A stretch of 24,000 nt of DNA from Prochlorococcus sp. AG-409-J16 (GCA_003215655.1 QCKB01000009.1:33194-57193); one strand, 5' to 3'; positions 8,162-17,002 are shown, numbered from the stretch's first letter. Made by a program: numbers and translations. Notes: generated by a model not told the origin, from the letters alone.

Positions 8162-9804
8162 ATAGACAAGAGGTTCTTAACTGTTGATCGATTCAATCTA
8201 TGCAAACGTAAGCCGCCTATTTGCTTATGAAGAGAAGGTCCTAGATCTTTCTTATTTTCTACTTCATCCAAAAATGTACTTATTTCTGCCGCTAAAAGAA
8301 GCTGAACAATTAAAGGTTGAACACCTACTAATTCCTCTCCTAGTTTAAAAAGATCGTAACCCTTTCCTTCCCCATCCTTTTCTACCACCCTAATAGGTGA
8401 AAAATGACTGGCACCTTCTACTAAAAGAGTACGACTAGACACATTTTCAGCTAGAGACATAAACAGCCCAAGCTGTTCACTAAGAGCAGGTGTTATCAAA
8501 TCATAGGTTCCACCAACAAGAAGTATTGGTACTGAGACTGAAGATTCTCCATCAATTGGCCACAACAAACTTCCGAAACTATTTATTCCAACAATTGCCT
8601 TAAGATTTGGAATGTCTGGTTGTGTTAACAAGTCAACATCTACCAACTGGCACTGTAAAAATTGAGAAAGATTTGTTAAAGACAAATCATCCAAAGCCTT
8701 CTTACACCTCCCAGTTAATCCTGGGTCAGGATATGCACCTGCCGCGAGCAAAGCAGTTAATGCTCCCAACGAATGCCCCATAAGAATCAACTCCTTTTCA
8801 GAGAAGGGAAAGAATCCCTGCTCATTTGCTAGTAAAACGGATTTCAAATCAGCCAGTCTTTCTGGAAGCACTTCAGCACCTGGTAGTGGACGACTTCCTT
8901 CAAGCAATTCCTGAACAGCCCCTAAATCACTACCTGGGTGTTCAAGGACTACTACTGACCATCCTTTCCTACTTAGGCTTCGCGCCAACCAATGGAAATG
9001 GTCCTGACTTCCACCCAGACCAGGCATAAGTAGAACCCAACTTTGCCTGTTCGGCACACCCCTACGAGAACGCCAAACATCAAGAGAAAGTGGTTTGGAA
9101 CGATGATCAACCTTTAAGGGAAACTTTTCTGGTTTTACCTGAGAGCCACCTTCTGTTCTTAGCTCAGCATTTGGAATCTCTCTAATTGAAGAAAGGCGAT
9201 CAAGTGCTAATAAAAGCTTTTGCTGGCTTTGGATCTGATACCTCCAACGCCTTGCTAAAAGCAAAATGGCATCCAAATCCAAGCGAATACTTTCAGCAGG
9301 AAGCTCTTGAAGCAAGTCAAGAGTGGTTACTTGAGACTGATTTTCCAGTAAAGACTCAAGAGTTTTAAGGACACTTGCACCACTTCGATCCTCATCAACT
9401 CTTATCAAATCACTAACTTCATCAAGCAACTGCCGACCTGCCCAGCTTTGAAGGATCCGCCTTGCCATGCTCTGATCCTTAAGCAAAGGCGCTTGAAGTA
9501 ATTTCAACAAAACCGCCCGGCCTTCTTCACTCAGCAAATTGATCCAAGCAGTCAATTCTGAATAATTACGGCCCTTAGAACTGACCCATTCTCCTAACTC
9601 ATCGATAGGGATAGGAATTAACATCTCATCAAGCTGCACTTCCAAGCGATCTGCCGCATTAATAGGCGTAACACCAAATACTCCAACAACCAGACTGCAA
9701 AACAGTCCAGCCAAAGCTCCCCTTACTTTTGAGCGTCCTAAAAGCAACGCTAAATCTCGTGAACTGGTGGAACCAATTCCCCCAAAGCCTGCAGGCGATA
9801 ACAA
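8155..9804 (-). CDS. exported alpha/beta hydrolase (dienelactone hydrolase/lipase-like, possibly DUF1400-type); start uncertain (TTG at 9804 or 9747)
   Basis: Signal-peptide-like GALAGLFCSLVVGVFGVTPINAA; VLLMPGLGGSQDHFHWLARSLSRKG; nucleophile elbow GHSLGAL; late GASHFSPI His region. Confidence 0.82.
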   Translation of the reverse strand: MLSPAGFGGIGSTSSRDLALLLGRSKVRGALAGLFCSLVVGVFGVTPINAADRLEVQLDEMLIPIPIDELGEWVSSKGRNYSELTAWINLLSEEGRAVLLKLLQAPLLKDQSMARRILQSWAGRQLLDEVSDLIRVDEDRSGASVLKTLESLLENQSQVTTLDLLQELPAESIRLDLDAILLLARRWRYQIQSQQKLLLALDRLSSIREIPNAELRTEGGSQVKPEKFPLKVDHRSKPLSLDVWRSRRGVPNRQSWVLLMPGLGGSQDHFHWLARSLSRKGWSVVVLEHPGSDLGAVQELLEGSRPLPGAEVLPERLADLKSVLLANEQGFFPFSEKELILMGHSLGALTALLAAGAYPDPGLTGRCKKALDDLSLTNLSQFLQCQLVDVDLLTQPDIPNLKAIVGINSFGSLLWPIDGESSVSVPILLVGGTYDLITPALSEQLGLFMSLAENVSSRTLLVEGASHFSPIRVVEKDGEGKGYDLFKLGEELVGVQPLIVQLLLAAEISTFLDEVENKKDLGPSLHKQIGGLRLHRLNRSTVKNLLSIQ

Positions 9805-11006
9805 GTGTTCGTCTTTTGGCTTCGATAGGGGCTGGTGGCGTTATTTATTTAACACCTCTTTTATTTAACCAGATAGATTTTACGGCTTCCCAAATTGGCA
9901 TCGGAATAGCCTTTTCTGCATTTATAGGGTTACTCGCAAGATTAATAAGTGGAAGACTTATTGATAAAGGGTTTTCCTACACCCAACTTATATATATAAG
10001 TGCTGCAATTGCGATTCTTGCTGACATTTCTCTCTTCAATGCTAATTCATTTGAAAATTTTCTAAAAGGACAGCTCTTTCTAGGTATATCAACAGGACTT
10101 TACTGGCCTGCTGTCGAAGTTGCCGTTCCAATCAGCTGCGGTAAATTCCCGTCTATCAAAGGATTTTCAATCGCAAGAACTGCTGATGCCTTAGGGATAA
10201 GCATTGGATCTATTTTTGGAACCTTTTGTGCCGCAATCGGAGAAATTCGATATATATATATATTTGATATATTCTGTCTTTTATGCTTATTAAGCTTGAT
10301 ATCTATAAAGCTTAACTCACTTGAGCAGAGTTCATTAAAAGAAGAAATATCAGGAAGGATTCGAAATAGAAGTAACAACAATGATCCAAGCAAAACAAGT
10401 ATAAAATGGATATATAAACTCATTCCTATACTTTTAATAAGCATTTTAGCTACAAGTATCATAACACTTTGCCAATCATCTCTTCCATTGGACCTTGCCA
10501 AAGGCGGGGTTTATAGACCTCAGCTAAATGATACATTAATTAGCGCTCTAATATCCTGTCAGCTTGGAATATTGGTATTAATCCAGTGGCCAATCGGGAA
10601 GTTACTTTGCAACTTAGAAATTAGACATTGCATACGCATAAGCCTCTTGTTGTTTTGCATAGGTTGCTTAATATTAGCCGTCTCAACATTCTTACAAATA
10701 GGCGTATATTTTGTATGTATTGGACAGCTTTTATTAGCATTTGCAACAGCTACTTTTCTACCATCAGCAACTGAAGTTATCAACAGATTTTGCCCGAAAG
10801 AGAAGAGAGGTATTGGAATGGCATTATTTTCTTTATGTTTTGCCTTAAGTTCAATAATTGCACCACCTTTAGCTGGTTTCTTATTAGATACTCAAGGAAA
10901 TGGTTTATCACTATGGACAATAATGAGTTGTACATGTTTAGGGGCACTAGTTTTAGTTAAATGGTCAAAACAAAGGCTTAAAGGAAATAATATACTTTAT
11001 ATATAA
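9729..11006 (+). CDS. major facilitator superfamily transporter; start may be GTG at 9759 rather than TTG at 9729
   Basis: About 12 hydrophobic segments; conserved inter-TM2/3 loop-like GLLARLISGRLIDKG; KEKRGIGMALFSLCFALSS in the second half. Confidence 0.85.
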   Translation: MSVLKATLNLVNWWNQFPQSLQAITSVRLLASIGAGGVIYLTPLLFNQIDFTASQIGIGIAFSAFIGLLARLISGRLIDKGFSYTQLIYISAAIAILADISLFNANSFENFLKGQLFLGISTGLYWPAVEVAVPISCGKFPSIKGFSIARTADALGISIGSIFGTFCAAIGEIRYIYIFDIFCLLCLLSLISIKLNSLEQSSLKEEISGRIRNRSNNNDPSKTSIKWIYKLIPILLISILATSIITLCQSSLPLDLAKGGVYRPQLNDTLISALISCQLGILVLIQWPIGKLLCNLEIRHCIRISLLLFCIGCLILAVSTFLQIGVYFVCIGQLLLAFATATFLPSATEVINRFCPKEKRGIGMALFSLCFALSSIIAPPLAGFLLDTQGNGLSLWTIMSCTCLGALVLVKWSKQRLKGNNILYI

Positions 11007-11025
11007 ACGAAAAAATAAAATCCCT

Positions 11026-11379
11026 TTATTTACTCTCCAAAGATTCAATCTCAATGAGCCTCCTTTCCCTTAAGTAAAGAAAGAAAGGAGCAGCAAAAGC
11101 GAATGCAATTGTTATTGAACCTAATAACACTATCCATAAGTTCCTCATTTGAAGTCTTCTACTTTCAATCACAATCCAGATAGTTGTAGATATAGCGGCT
11201 ATAGCAAGGTCCCTTGAAAGAGACTGGGCGGCAGGATTGGAATTTGCTAATTCAATAAATAAACCTATATCAAAACCTTTATATTGACTAGCAAATTCTA
11301 TATTTGATAACGTAGGTAGGACTGCTCCAGCAATAGCCAAAGCAAGATATAAATAACTAATAATAGTGCGAGAAGTCAT
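11026..11379 (-). CDS. small membrane protein resembling the DUF2834 family
   Basis: 117 aa with 3 hydrophobic segments; YLALAIAGAVLPTLSNIEFA...GFDIGLFIELANSNPAAQSLSRDL pattern. Confidence 0.7.
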   Translation of the reverse strand: MTSRTIISYLYLALAIAGAVLPTLSNIEFASQYKGFDIGLFIELANSNPAAQSLSRDLAIAAISTTIWIVIESRRLQMRNLWIVLLGSITIAFAFAAPFFLYLRERRLIEIESLESK

Positions 11380-11381
11380 TC

Positions 11382-11648
11382 TTATTCTCCTTCAGTATTG
11401 GACTTCAAATCATTATACTCTTTTCTTATATCTTCCAGTAACCGCCCTTTCCTTCTCATAGTGTTTATATTTTTAGTTTGAGAAAAATTGAACCTCTGTT
11501 CTTTGCTCATATCCATCCAAATACTCATCTTAGGGTTAAATGAAATTCGACTAATCTTAGGTTTACTACGCCTAAATGCAAAAAAAAGCACTGCGCCACA
11601 TAAAATAATGGCAAAAATTGTTACCGCAAAATTAAGCATGGATACCAT
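11382..11648 (-). CDS. hypothetical single-TM protein
   Basis: 88-aa ORF immediately upstream of 11026..11379 on the same strand; N-terminal TM MLNFAVTIFAIILCGAVLFFAF. Confidence 0.55.
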   Translation of the reverse strand: MVSMLNFAVTIFAIILCGAVLFFAFRRSKPKISRISFNPKMSIWMDMSKEQRFNFSQTKNINTMRRKGRLLEDIRKEYNDLKSNTEGE

Positions 11649-11812
11649 TAGGCATGCACAAATCTATTGAGTGCATTTTGCCAACCATAAGGCTACTATA
11701 GTATAAGTTTTTTGATGGCACAAAAGCAAACAAACTAAAAAGAATATTTTCTATTAATCTATGATGGAGATTCAAATCAAATGCATTACTCTTTGAGGAC
11801 TGATCTTGAAGG

Positions 11813-12181
11813 ATGAATTATTTCCTCATTATCCTTGGCGCTTCCCTCTTAATAGTATTTTTCTTCTACCTTTTTATAAAAGCACAAGGTAGAAAACTTA
11901 AGCCAAGTTCTATTGAAAGGTTCAAGAAAAAATTCAAAGCTAGACGTAGAATAAATGAAAAATACCTCGAGGGATACTCAAATTCATTAATGCTAGATCC
12001 TGAAAAGAATATACAGATTGGAATCTGGGATACAGAAGAATCATTAAGAGAAAAAGCTGATATCCACAGAGCGAGATTAAATAAATATGGACGCTCTAAG
12101 ATGAATGGAACGATCCTTTTTCTTGGCACAAAAGGAGGAGTTTATAAGCTTACTCCAAAAGGGAATAAAAAGTATGTATGA
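11813..12181 (+). CDS. hypothetical membrane-anchored basic protein
   Basis: 122-aa ORF; N-terminal TM YFLIILGASLLIVFFFYLFI then a charged domain; no competing ORF on the other strand that looks more protein-like. Confidence 0.6.
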   Translation: MNYFLIILGASLLIVFFFYLFIKAQGRKLKPSSIERFKKKFKARRRINEKYLEGYSNSLMLDPEKNIQIGIWDTEESLREKADIHRARLNKYGRSKMNGTILFLGTKGGVYKLTPKGNKKYV

Positions 12182-12473
12182 ACTTAGATCGAATCCCTAT
12201 GATCAAATCGTCTAACCTCAAGGATAAAAGGGCACCTGTTAAAAACAAGTTAAAAACGTAAATACAAAGATTCTATCTTCAATCATAAATATATATTTTA
12301 AACAACCCCTAAAGTAACTAAAGCTATATAAGAGGAGCTTAAACACACGAATTAGGTATTCCTTTAATCAATAAATCTTCTTTAATAGCAGTAATTGAAT
12401 CATTAATGAGTATTAGTTCTGATCGCAAACCTCATAAGGATACGTTTTCCTTCTCATAGATAAGGAATTATCT

Positions 12474-12620
12474 ATGAGTCAAGTTTCACCACAAACTAGG
12501 ACCAACTACGAAGCAATAGTAGAAGCTGCAAGCAAAGGTCATCTTTGGCCTCAAGGTCAATGCCTTACTTCAGGATGCTCTTCAGAGATCCCCTTAAGAA
12601 AAATGGTAGCTCTAGCTAAA
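12474..12620 (+). CDS. small protein, 48 aa; C-terminus possibly frame-shifted at an A6 run
   Basis: AAGGA-like site 6-7 nt before ATG; MSQVSPQTRTNYEAIVEAASKGHLWPQGQCLTSGCSSEIPLRKNGSSS*. Confidence 0.5.
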
Positions 12621-12640
12621 AGCCAAAATTTCAGGAATAA

Positions 12641-13201
12641 CTAGCTGCCAGGCAAAGCTGGCTTATATCCTTCGGTTTGGGATGAGCATTCCAAACTATC
12701 TCTTGTGGCAACACCAGTTTTAGGGTTTGTGCCATCAGCTATTTTACACAAATTTCTTTGATCATCGCTATCAAGCACTGCATAAGTAAAGTCTGCACCC
12801 TCTATTCTTGCTCCTGCGAAACTGCTGCCTGAAGCGATCATATTAATAAGAACAGCATTCCTAAGATCAGTTTTCTGAAAATTTACCCTGTCCGAAAGAG
12901 TATCAGTTAGGTCTATTCCCTGAAGATTTGATCCCTTTAAGTCAGAAAGGGTAAGAACTGTGCCATGGAGGTCTACATCGCTAAAGTTCGCATCTCTAGC
13001 AACAGCCCCTGCAATAGATGATTTCGATAAATCTTGGCCATGAAAATCAAAACCCGTTATGTCTGATCTCACATAGTTGGGGACCTCTTCGCCTTGATCC
13101 AAAACAGCCAATACAGGAGTAGCTAAGACGAAACAAAGGAATAAAACTAACAATCGCATTAATAAAAGGGGGCTTAAGTGACGAGCCTTCATTTGGTTCA
13201 A
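12641..13201 (-). CDS. exported pentapeptide-repeat protein
   Basis: Signal peptide LLVLFLCFVLATPVLA; repeats such as ANFSD VDLHG ..SDLKG SNLQG IDLTD ..NFQK TDLRN AVLIN. Confidence 0.85.
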   Translation of the reverse strand: MNQMKARHLSPLLLMRLLVLFLCFVLATPVLAVLDQGEEVPNYVRSDITGFDFHGQDLSKSSIAGAVARDANFSDVDLHGTVLTLSDLKGSNLQGIDLTDTLSDRVNFQKTDLRNAVLINMIASGSSFAGARIEGADFTYAVLDSDDQRNLCKIADGTNPKTGVATRDSLECSSQTEGYKPALPGS

Positions 13202-13600
13202 GGATTAGCTAATACTCTCACTTAATTATCTTCCCTCATAAAAGAGTATCGGATATTTAGACAGAACCTTTTAGCACTTGGACATAAGGGCGTGCTCATT
13301 CCAAATCAAATGAATTAAGCCTAAATAGGACTCTATTGGGAGGTAAAAGGCTAAAGCCCTTAAAACATTGAACGAGATATCAAGGGAAAACGTTCTGTGG
13401 GACTAGCTCCTAATTACAAAAAAAAAGGAGCAACAGCTTAGGGACCGGAAGGCTAAGCCACTTATATGACAATCGAATGTGATTTTAATACCTAAATATG
13501 AATCATAATTGATATGCGTAAATCATTCTTGAAAAGTTGCTCACAAAAGAGCTGATTTCGTGCGATGTTTGTTGTAATTAGATCTCTAACTACCTAATAA

Positions 13601-13903
13601 ATGGGCTACTTTCTCGACATACGAGTAGGGATAGTTCTTCTCCCTATAATCTTCTCTGCCCTATTTGTTGTCTTTTGGCTAAGCCAATGGAATGTATTGA
13701 AATGGGGAGGTGAAAGCTCAATACCTGGTGTGCCAACCCTTGAAAATTACCAGGCGTGGGAAGACACAGCTATTACAAGCTCAGGCAGTCCTCAAAGGGG
13801 GTACCCTGTTTTTACTGTCAGAACTTTGGCAGTAAATGCTCTTGGAATTCCAACAGTATTTTTCCTAGGAGCAATATCGGCTATGCAATTCATCAGAAGC
13901 TAA
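13601..13903 (+). CDS. cytochrome b559 beta (PsbF)-like membrane protein lacking the heme-ligand His, with N-terminal extension
   Basis: C-terminus [33 protein letters not shown] aligns ungapped with canonical PsbF [33 protein letters not shown]; extra N-terminal [23 protein letters not shown]. Confidence 0.8.
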   Translation: MGYFLDIRVGIVLLPIIFSALFVVFWLSQWNVLKWGGESSIPGVPTLENYQAWEDTAITSSGSPQRGYPVFTVRTLAVNALGIPTVFFLGAISAMQFIRS

Positions 13904-13981
13904 GAAATTCAAATAACCTTATAGTCAATTTAAAGTTTTTTTGAATCAACTATAAGTAGTAACTAAGTTAATAACTTAGGG

Positions 13982-14019
13982 AAAAGGTCATAATCTTTTT
14001 TAAAGCTATGACCTTTTTT
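13982..14019. terminator. bidirectional intrinsic terminator between convergent genes
   Basis: aaaaggtcata ... tatgacctttt, 11-bp perfect stem with A-tract on one side and T-tract on the other. Confidence 0.75.
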
Positions 14020-14034
14020 GGATAAATCTATACC

Positions 14035-14214
14035 TCAACTATCCACTGGGTAGCCTTCTTTTGAATAAAAACTTGTATATCCTGAAACAGATCTTGCACG
14101 CATAATCGTGATAACAAGTGGAATTCCAATTACAGCATGTGCCACAGTTAATAGCCAGAAATCTAGTGGGACTCCTGGCTGACCATAAATCGCAAACAAT
14201 GGGGCTAGAGACAT
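14035..14214 (-). CDS. small single-TM protein, 59 aa, absent from the ORF track
   Basis: Manual translation: MSLAPLFAIYGQPGVPLDFWLLTVAHAVIGIPLVITIMRARSVSGYTSFYSKEGYPVDS*. Ends just before the 13982..14019 terminator. Confidence 0.6.
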   Translation of the reverse strand: MSLAPLFAIYGQPGVPLDFWLLTVAHAVIGIPLVITIMRARSVSGYTSFYSKEGYPVDS

Positions 14215-14445
14215 AGCCTTTGACCTTTGATGACATTGACAAGAAAATTGTGATACCTAAATGACACGGAAAAATAATATGGGCCAAAAAATTCATAGCT
14301 ATGAATATGCAGGTGTAATTTGATACATCAATAGATCTAAAATGATCAATCGGAAGATTCCTGCTACAAGTCATCATTCTAAAAAATCTCCCAATCCAAT
14401 CACCTAATCAACCACCAATACGATATTAATTTTATTCAATTAAAA

Positions 14446-14751
14446 TTAATTGGATGTTGTTTGGATATCACCCGATTGACCATCATTCTTTTCAAAAATA
14501 AATTTTAAGACTAATATTGCTACCCCTAAAATAAAAGTTATGACGTTAAATAGGATCACAGGTAGTGAATGAATCCCCCAACCATAGATTTCCCACAAAA
14601 CTATCCCTATAACAAAAAGTATAAACATACTATAAGATATATCCTTTGCAGACTTTGAGTTCCAGACCTTAATCAGTTGCGGGACGAAAGCAATCGTTGT
14701 AAGAGTTCCTGCAATTAAGCCCAAAATATCCATAGAAGTGAGTTTTTCCAT
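14446..14751 (-). CDS. SemiSWEET/MtN3-type (PQ-loop) membrane protein
   Basis: MDILGLIAGTLTTIAFVPQLIKVWNSKSAKDISYSMFILFVIGIVLWEIYG: PQ-loop and KSAKDIS signature, 3 TMs, about 100 aa. Confidence 0.9.
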   Translation of the reverse strand: MEKLTSMDILGLIAGTLTTIAFVPQLIKVWNSKSAKDISYSMFILFVIGIVLWEIYGWGIHSLPVILFNVITFILGVAILVLKFIFEKNDGQSGDIQTTSN

Positions 14752-14853
14752 AAGGACGCTTCTAACAAAAAAATAATAAGGATTGCCCCTTACAATCCTA
14801 TTCTATTAAGCAAACGCTTATTTTCTTTTTTTAAGTCCGTATCAATTCGATTG

Positions 14854-15081
14854 TTACGTTTCAACCTTATAAAGCTCCTCTTCAAAAAACCAATATTTAG
14901 TACCATCCTCAAACTCAAGAACCAGACCAACTCCACCATCAACAAGCTTAAAACCACCCATCCATCTTCCAAAAGGATCCTTATTTAAAAGCTCCAAGAG
15001 GTTTTCAGGCAATCTATCTCTTACAAGATCAAGATCTATAAATAACCTTTCACCTTTTTGTATTGTCTCAACTTTAATCAT
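14854..15081 (-). CDS. small conserved cyanobacterial protein (possibly DUF2862-like)
   Basis: 75 aa; C-terminus GVGLVLEFEDGTKYWFFEEELYKV. Confidence 0.65.
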   Translation of the reverse strand: MIKVETIQKGERLFIDLDLVRDRLPENLLELLNKDPFGRWMGGFKLVDGGVGLVLEFEDGTKYWFFEEELYKVET

Positions 15082-15138
15082 TTATTGGATTATCAAAACA
15101 TCATCTTATCTCTTTAAAATAAATTCGGCAGAATCTAT

Positions 15139-15537
15139 CTAGATTAAAGTTGTGGGGTCCTTTTCGTTATCTGTATCACTTGATTTAACTTCAGTAGATG
15201 GTGTATCCTCACTAAAATTTGATTCAGATAAGTTAGTAACTTCAGTTTCAACCTGATCTTTTATACCTATATCACTCTTATTTGCTTCAATAGATTCATT
15301 TTTAGTATCTACAGATTCAGAAGAGCTTGATTCCACGTTATCTGAACTTGCTTGTTGGTCAATCTGGTCTTTTAGAAGCAAGAAGAGTTTCTTCAGATTA
15401 ATTGAAAAATCAACTAGATTTCTAAAAGCATCTTTTAAGACAGTCTTTATCTCATCAGATTTTGTACCAGGGTAAAACCACAAAATCCCAATGCCTACTC
15501 CAACAGCAATAAGCAAAAACACTAAAAAAGCGGCCAT
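15139..15537 (-). CDS. hypothetical membrane-anchored protein with acidic Ser-rich tail
   Basis: 132 aa; N-terminal TM FLVFLLIAVGVGIGILWFY; low-complexity SSSSESVDTKNESIEANKSD tail. Confidence 0.6.
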   Translation of the reverse strand: MAAFLVFLLIAVGVGIGILWFYPGTKSDEIKTVLKDAFRNLVDFSINLKKLFLLLKDQIDQQASSDNVESSSSESVDTKNESIEANKSDIGIKDQVETEVTNLSESNFSEDTPSTEVKSSDTDNEKDPTTLI

Positions 15538-15998
15538 GGGTCCTAATTGGGGTATTACCTTCTAACTTTTACCTTTAATTGCATTCAAAACAAGTCGCGC
15601 CAACCGACCACTAACTAGCGCAAACCGAACATCTATAAGCGCAGAGATCATAAATTGATCTTCACTAGGTCTAGCTAGAGGTTTCCAGCCCGCCCCCTTG
15701 AAATTACTAAGAGCATGGCTTCTCTAGGAAAGGGGGACTCTTATCAAGGAGTCGTCAATTGATTTTTCTCATTACTTTTTGATAGATAAGGTTCTACAGA
15801 AACAAAGAATATGAGTCTTCCATTCTTCTTTCACTTTCTAAAACTAATTACTTAAATCATTGGCAGTAAGTCTTTCTAGGTTTTACCCTTTAAAAATCAC
15901 CCCCCTTAACTCAGATGGAAATCATCCAGAAGCGTTCAATTCTCTATTGAGATCTTTAAAGAAACATCAAACAGCCCAAAAATGACCTAAAAGTAGAT

Positions 15999-16481
15999 AT
16001 GCCTCAAGAAAAAAACGTCAACCGATCCAAAGAGATCAAAGAACTACTTGCCGGGATCAAAGAAGCCTTGGTTCCCTTGAGGGGACTTCTGGTAGCAATT
16101 ATTGCAATAGCCATTACCTTTGCGGATGAGCTTTATAAAATAATTTCTCAATGGAGAAAAAACAATAAAACGCCAACACTCAATCTAAGGTCAACCAAAA
16201 TTGATAAGTCGGAAGTATTTGTCAGCAAAACAAACCCCTATCAGATTCCTAAAAAAAGAACATCGAAAAAAACAGCTAAACTCAGCATTAATTCATTTAT
16301 TTACCCAACCCTAGCTACTATTAGTACAATTACTTTGATAGGAGGGGTTGGCAAACTCAATACAATTTCAAATTGGGCAGATGTACAAATAGAATGTATA
16401 GAAAAAGCTCCTGGCATTAATGGTAGAGAAAACGCGAGCATCACAAATAAAGTAATGACTTGTAATGGAGGCCATAACTAG
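15999..16481 (+). CDS. hypothetical membrane protein
   Basis: 160-aa ORF; two hydrophobic segments (PLRGLLVAIIAIAITFADELY, YPTLATISTITLIGGVG) flanking a basic Lys-rich region. Confidence 0.6.
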   Translation: MPQEKNVNRSKEIKELLAGIKEALVPLRGLLVAIIAIAITFADELYKIISQWRKNNKTPTLNLRSTKIDKSEVFVSKTNPYQIPKKRTSKKTAKLSINSFIYPTLATISTITLIGGVGKLNTISNWADVQIECIEKAPGINGRENASITNKVMTCNGGHN

Positions 16482-16858
16482 ATTTAAAAGACTAAAAGGA
16501 AGTCTGTTCGGAATTAAGTATGCAAAAAATTAATTCAAGTTTATTAGGAGATTAAACCCATATACAAATACAATTAAATATTCAGATCATCAAAGATAAT
16601 CATCATTTTTCGTCTATATATTAATTAGCTTCACCTTGTATAATTGATGCCCCCTTCTAATGGTTTGATCTATTCTTGCCTAAAGAATTAAAAACCTGGA
16701 AGGTTTCTAATTATTAGCTCTAGCATTTAAGTGATTTGTCTCATAGACAAGTCAAAGGTCCGTACCTAAAAAGAGAATAGATAGTCAAGGCATAAGCCTT
16801 TGACAGTTTGCGGGGACACAGAACCACCTCCCCTTCCTTAGATCACAGGAGATCAGTC

Positions 16859-17002
16859 ATGAATCATCTAGAAGGTGCAATCCTAATCAAGTCAATCATT
16901 CCTTTTGCTATTGGTGGAACTTTATGCGTATTGACACTCATAGGAATCAAAGAAATCTTTAAAGAGACTGTTGTTGCTTTTAGAAAAGGCTCCCACGCAT
17001 AG
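16859..17002 (+). CDS. small single-TM protein, 47 aa (shorter start than the 16808 ORF call)
   Basis: MNHLEGAILIKSIIPFAIGGTLCVLTLIGIKEIFKETVVAFRKGSHA preceded by a purine-rich aggagatc site. Confidence 0.5.
   Translation: MNHLEGAILIKSIIPFAIGGTLCVLTLIGIKEIFKETVVAFRKGSHA

Noticed and set aside
8826-9368. Plus-strand ORFs 8826..9029 and 9186..9368
   Set aside because: Antisense to the alpha/beta hydrolase gene, whose frame carries the GHSLG motif.
10100-10783. Minus-strand ORFs 10100..10501 and 10559..10783
   Set aside because: Antisense shadows of the MFS transporter.
11488-12129. ORFs 11488..11670 (+) and 11866..12129 (-)
   Set aside because: Overlap better-supported ORFs on the opposite strand; the 11866 ORF is basic/aromatic noise opposite the 11813 gene.
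13756-13944. Plus-strand ORF 13756..13944
   Set aside because: Out-of-frame overlap with the PsbF-like gene, whose frame shows clear family similarity.
14039-14377. 112-aa minus-strand ORF from the track
   Set aside because: Unnatural Cys/His-rich sequence; a different frame of the same strand encodes the coherent 59-aa membrane protein.
14790-14972. Plus-strand 60-aa ORF
   Set aside because: Overlaps the DUF2862-like minus-strand gene and intergenic sequence without independent support.
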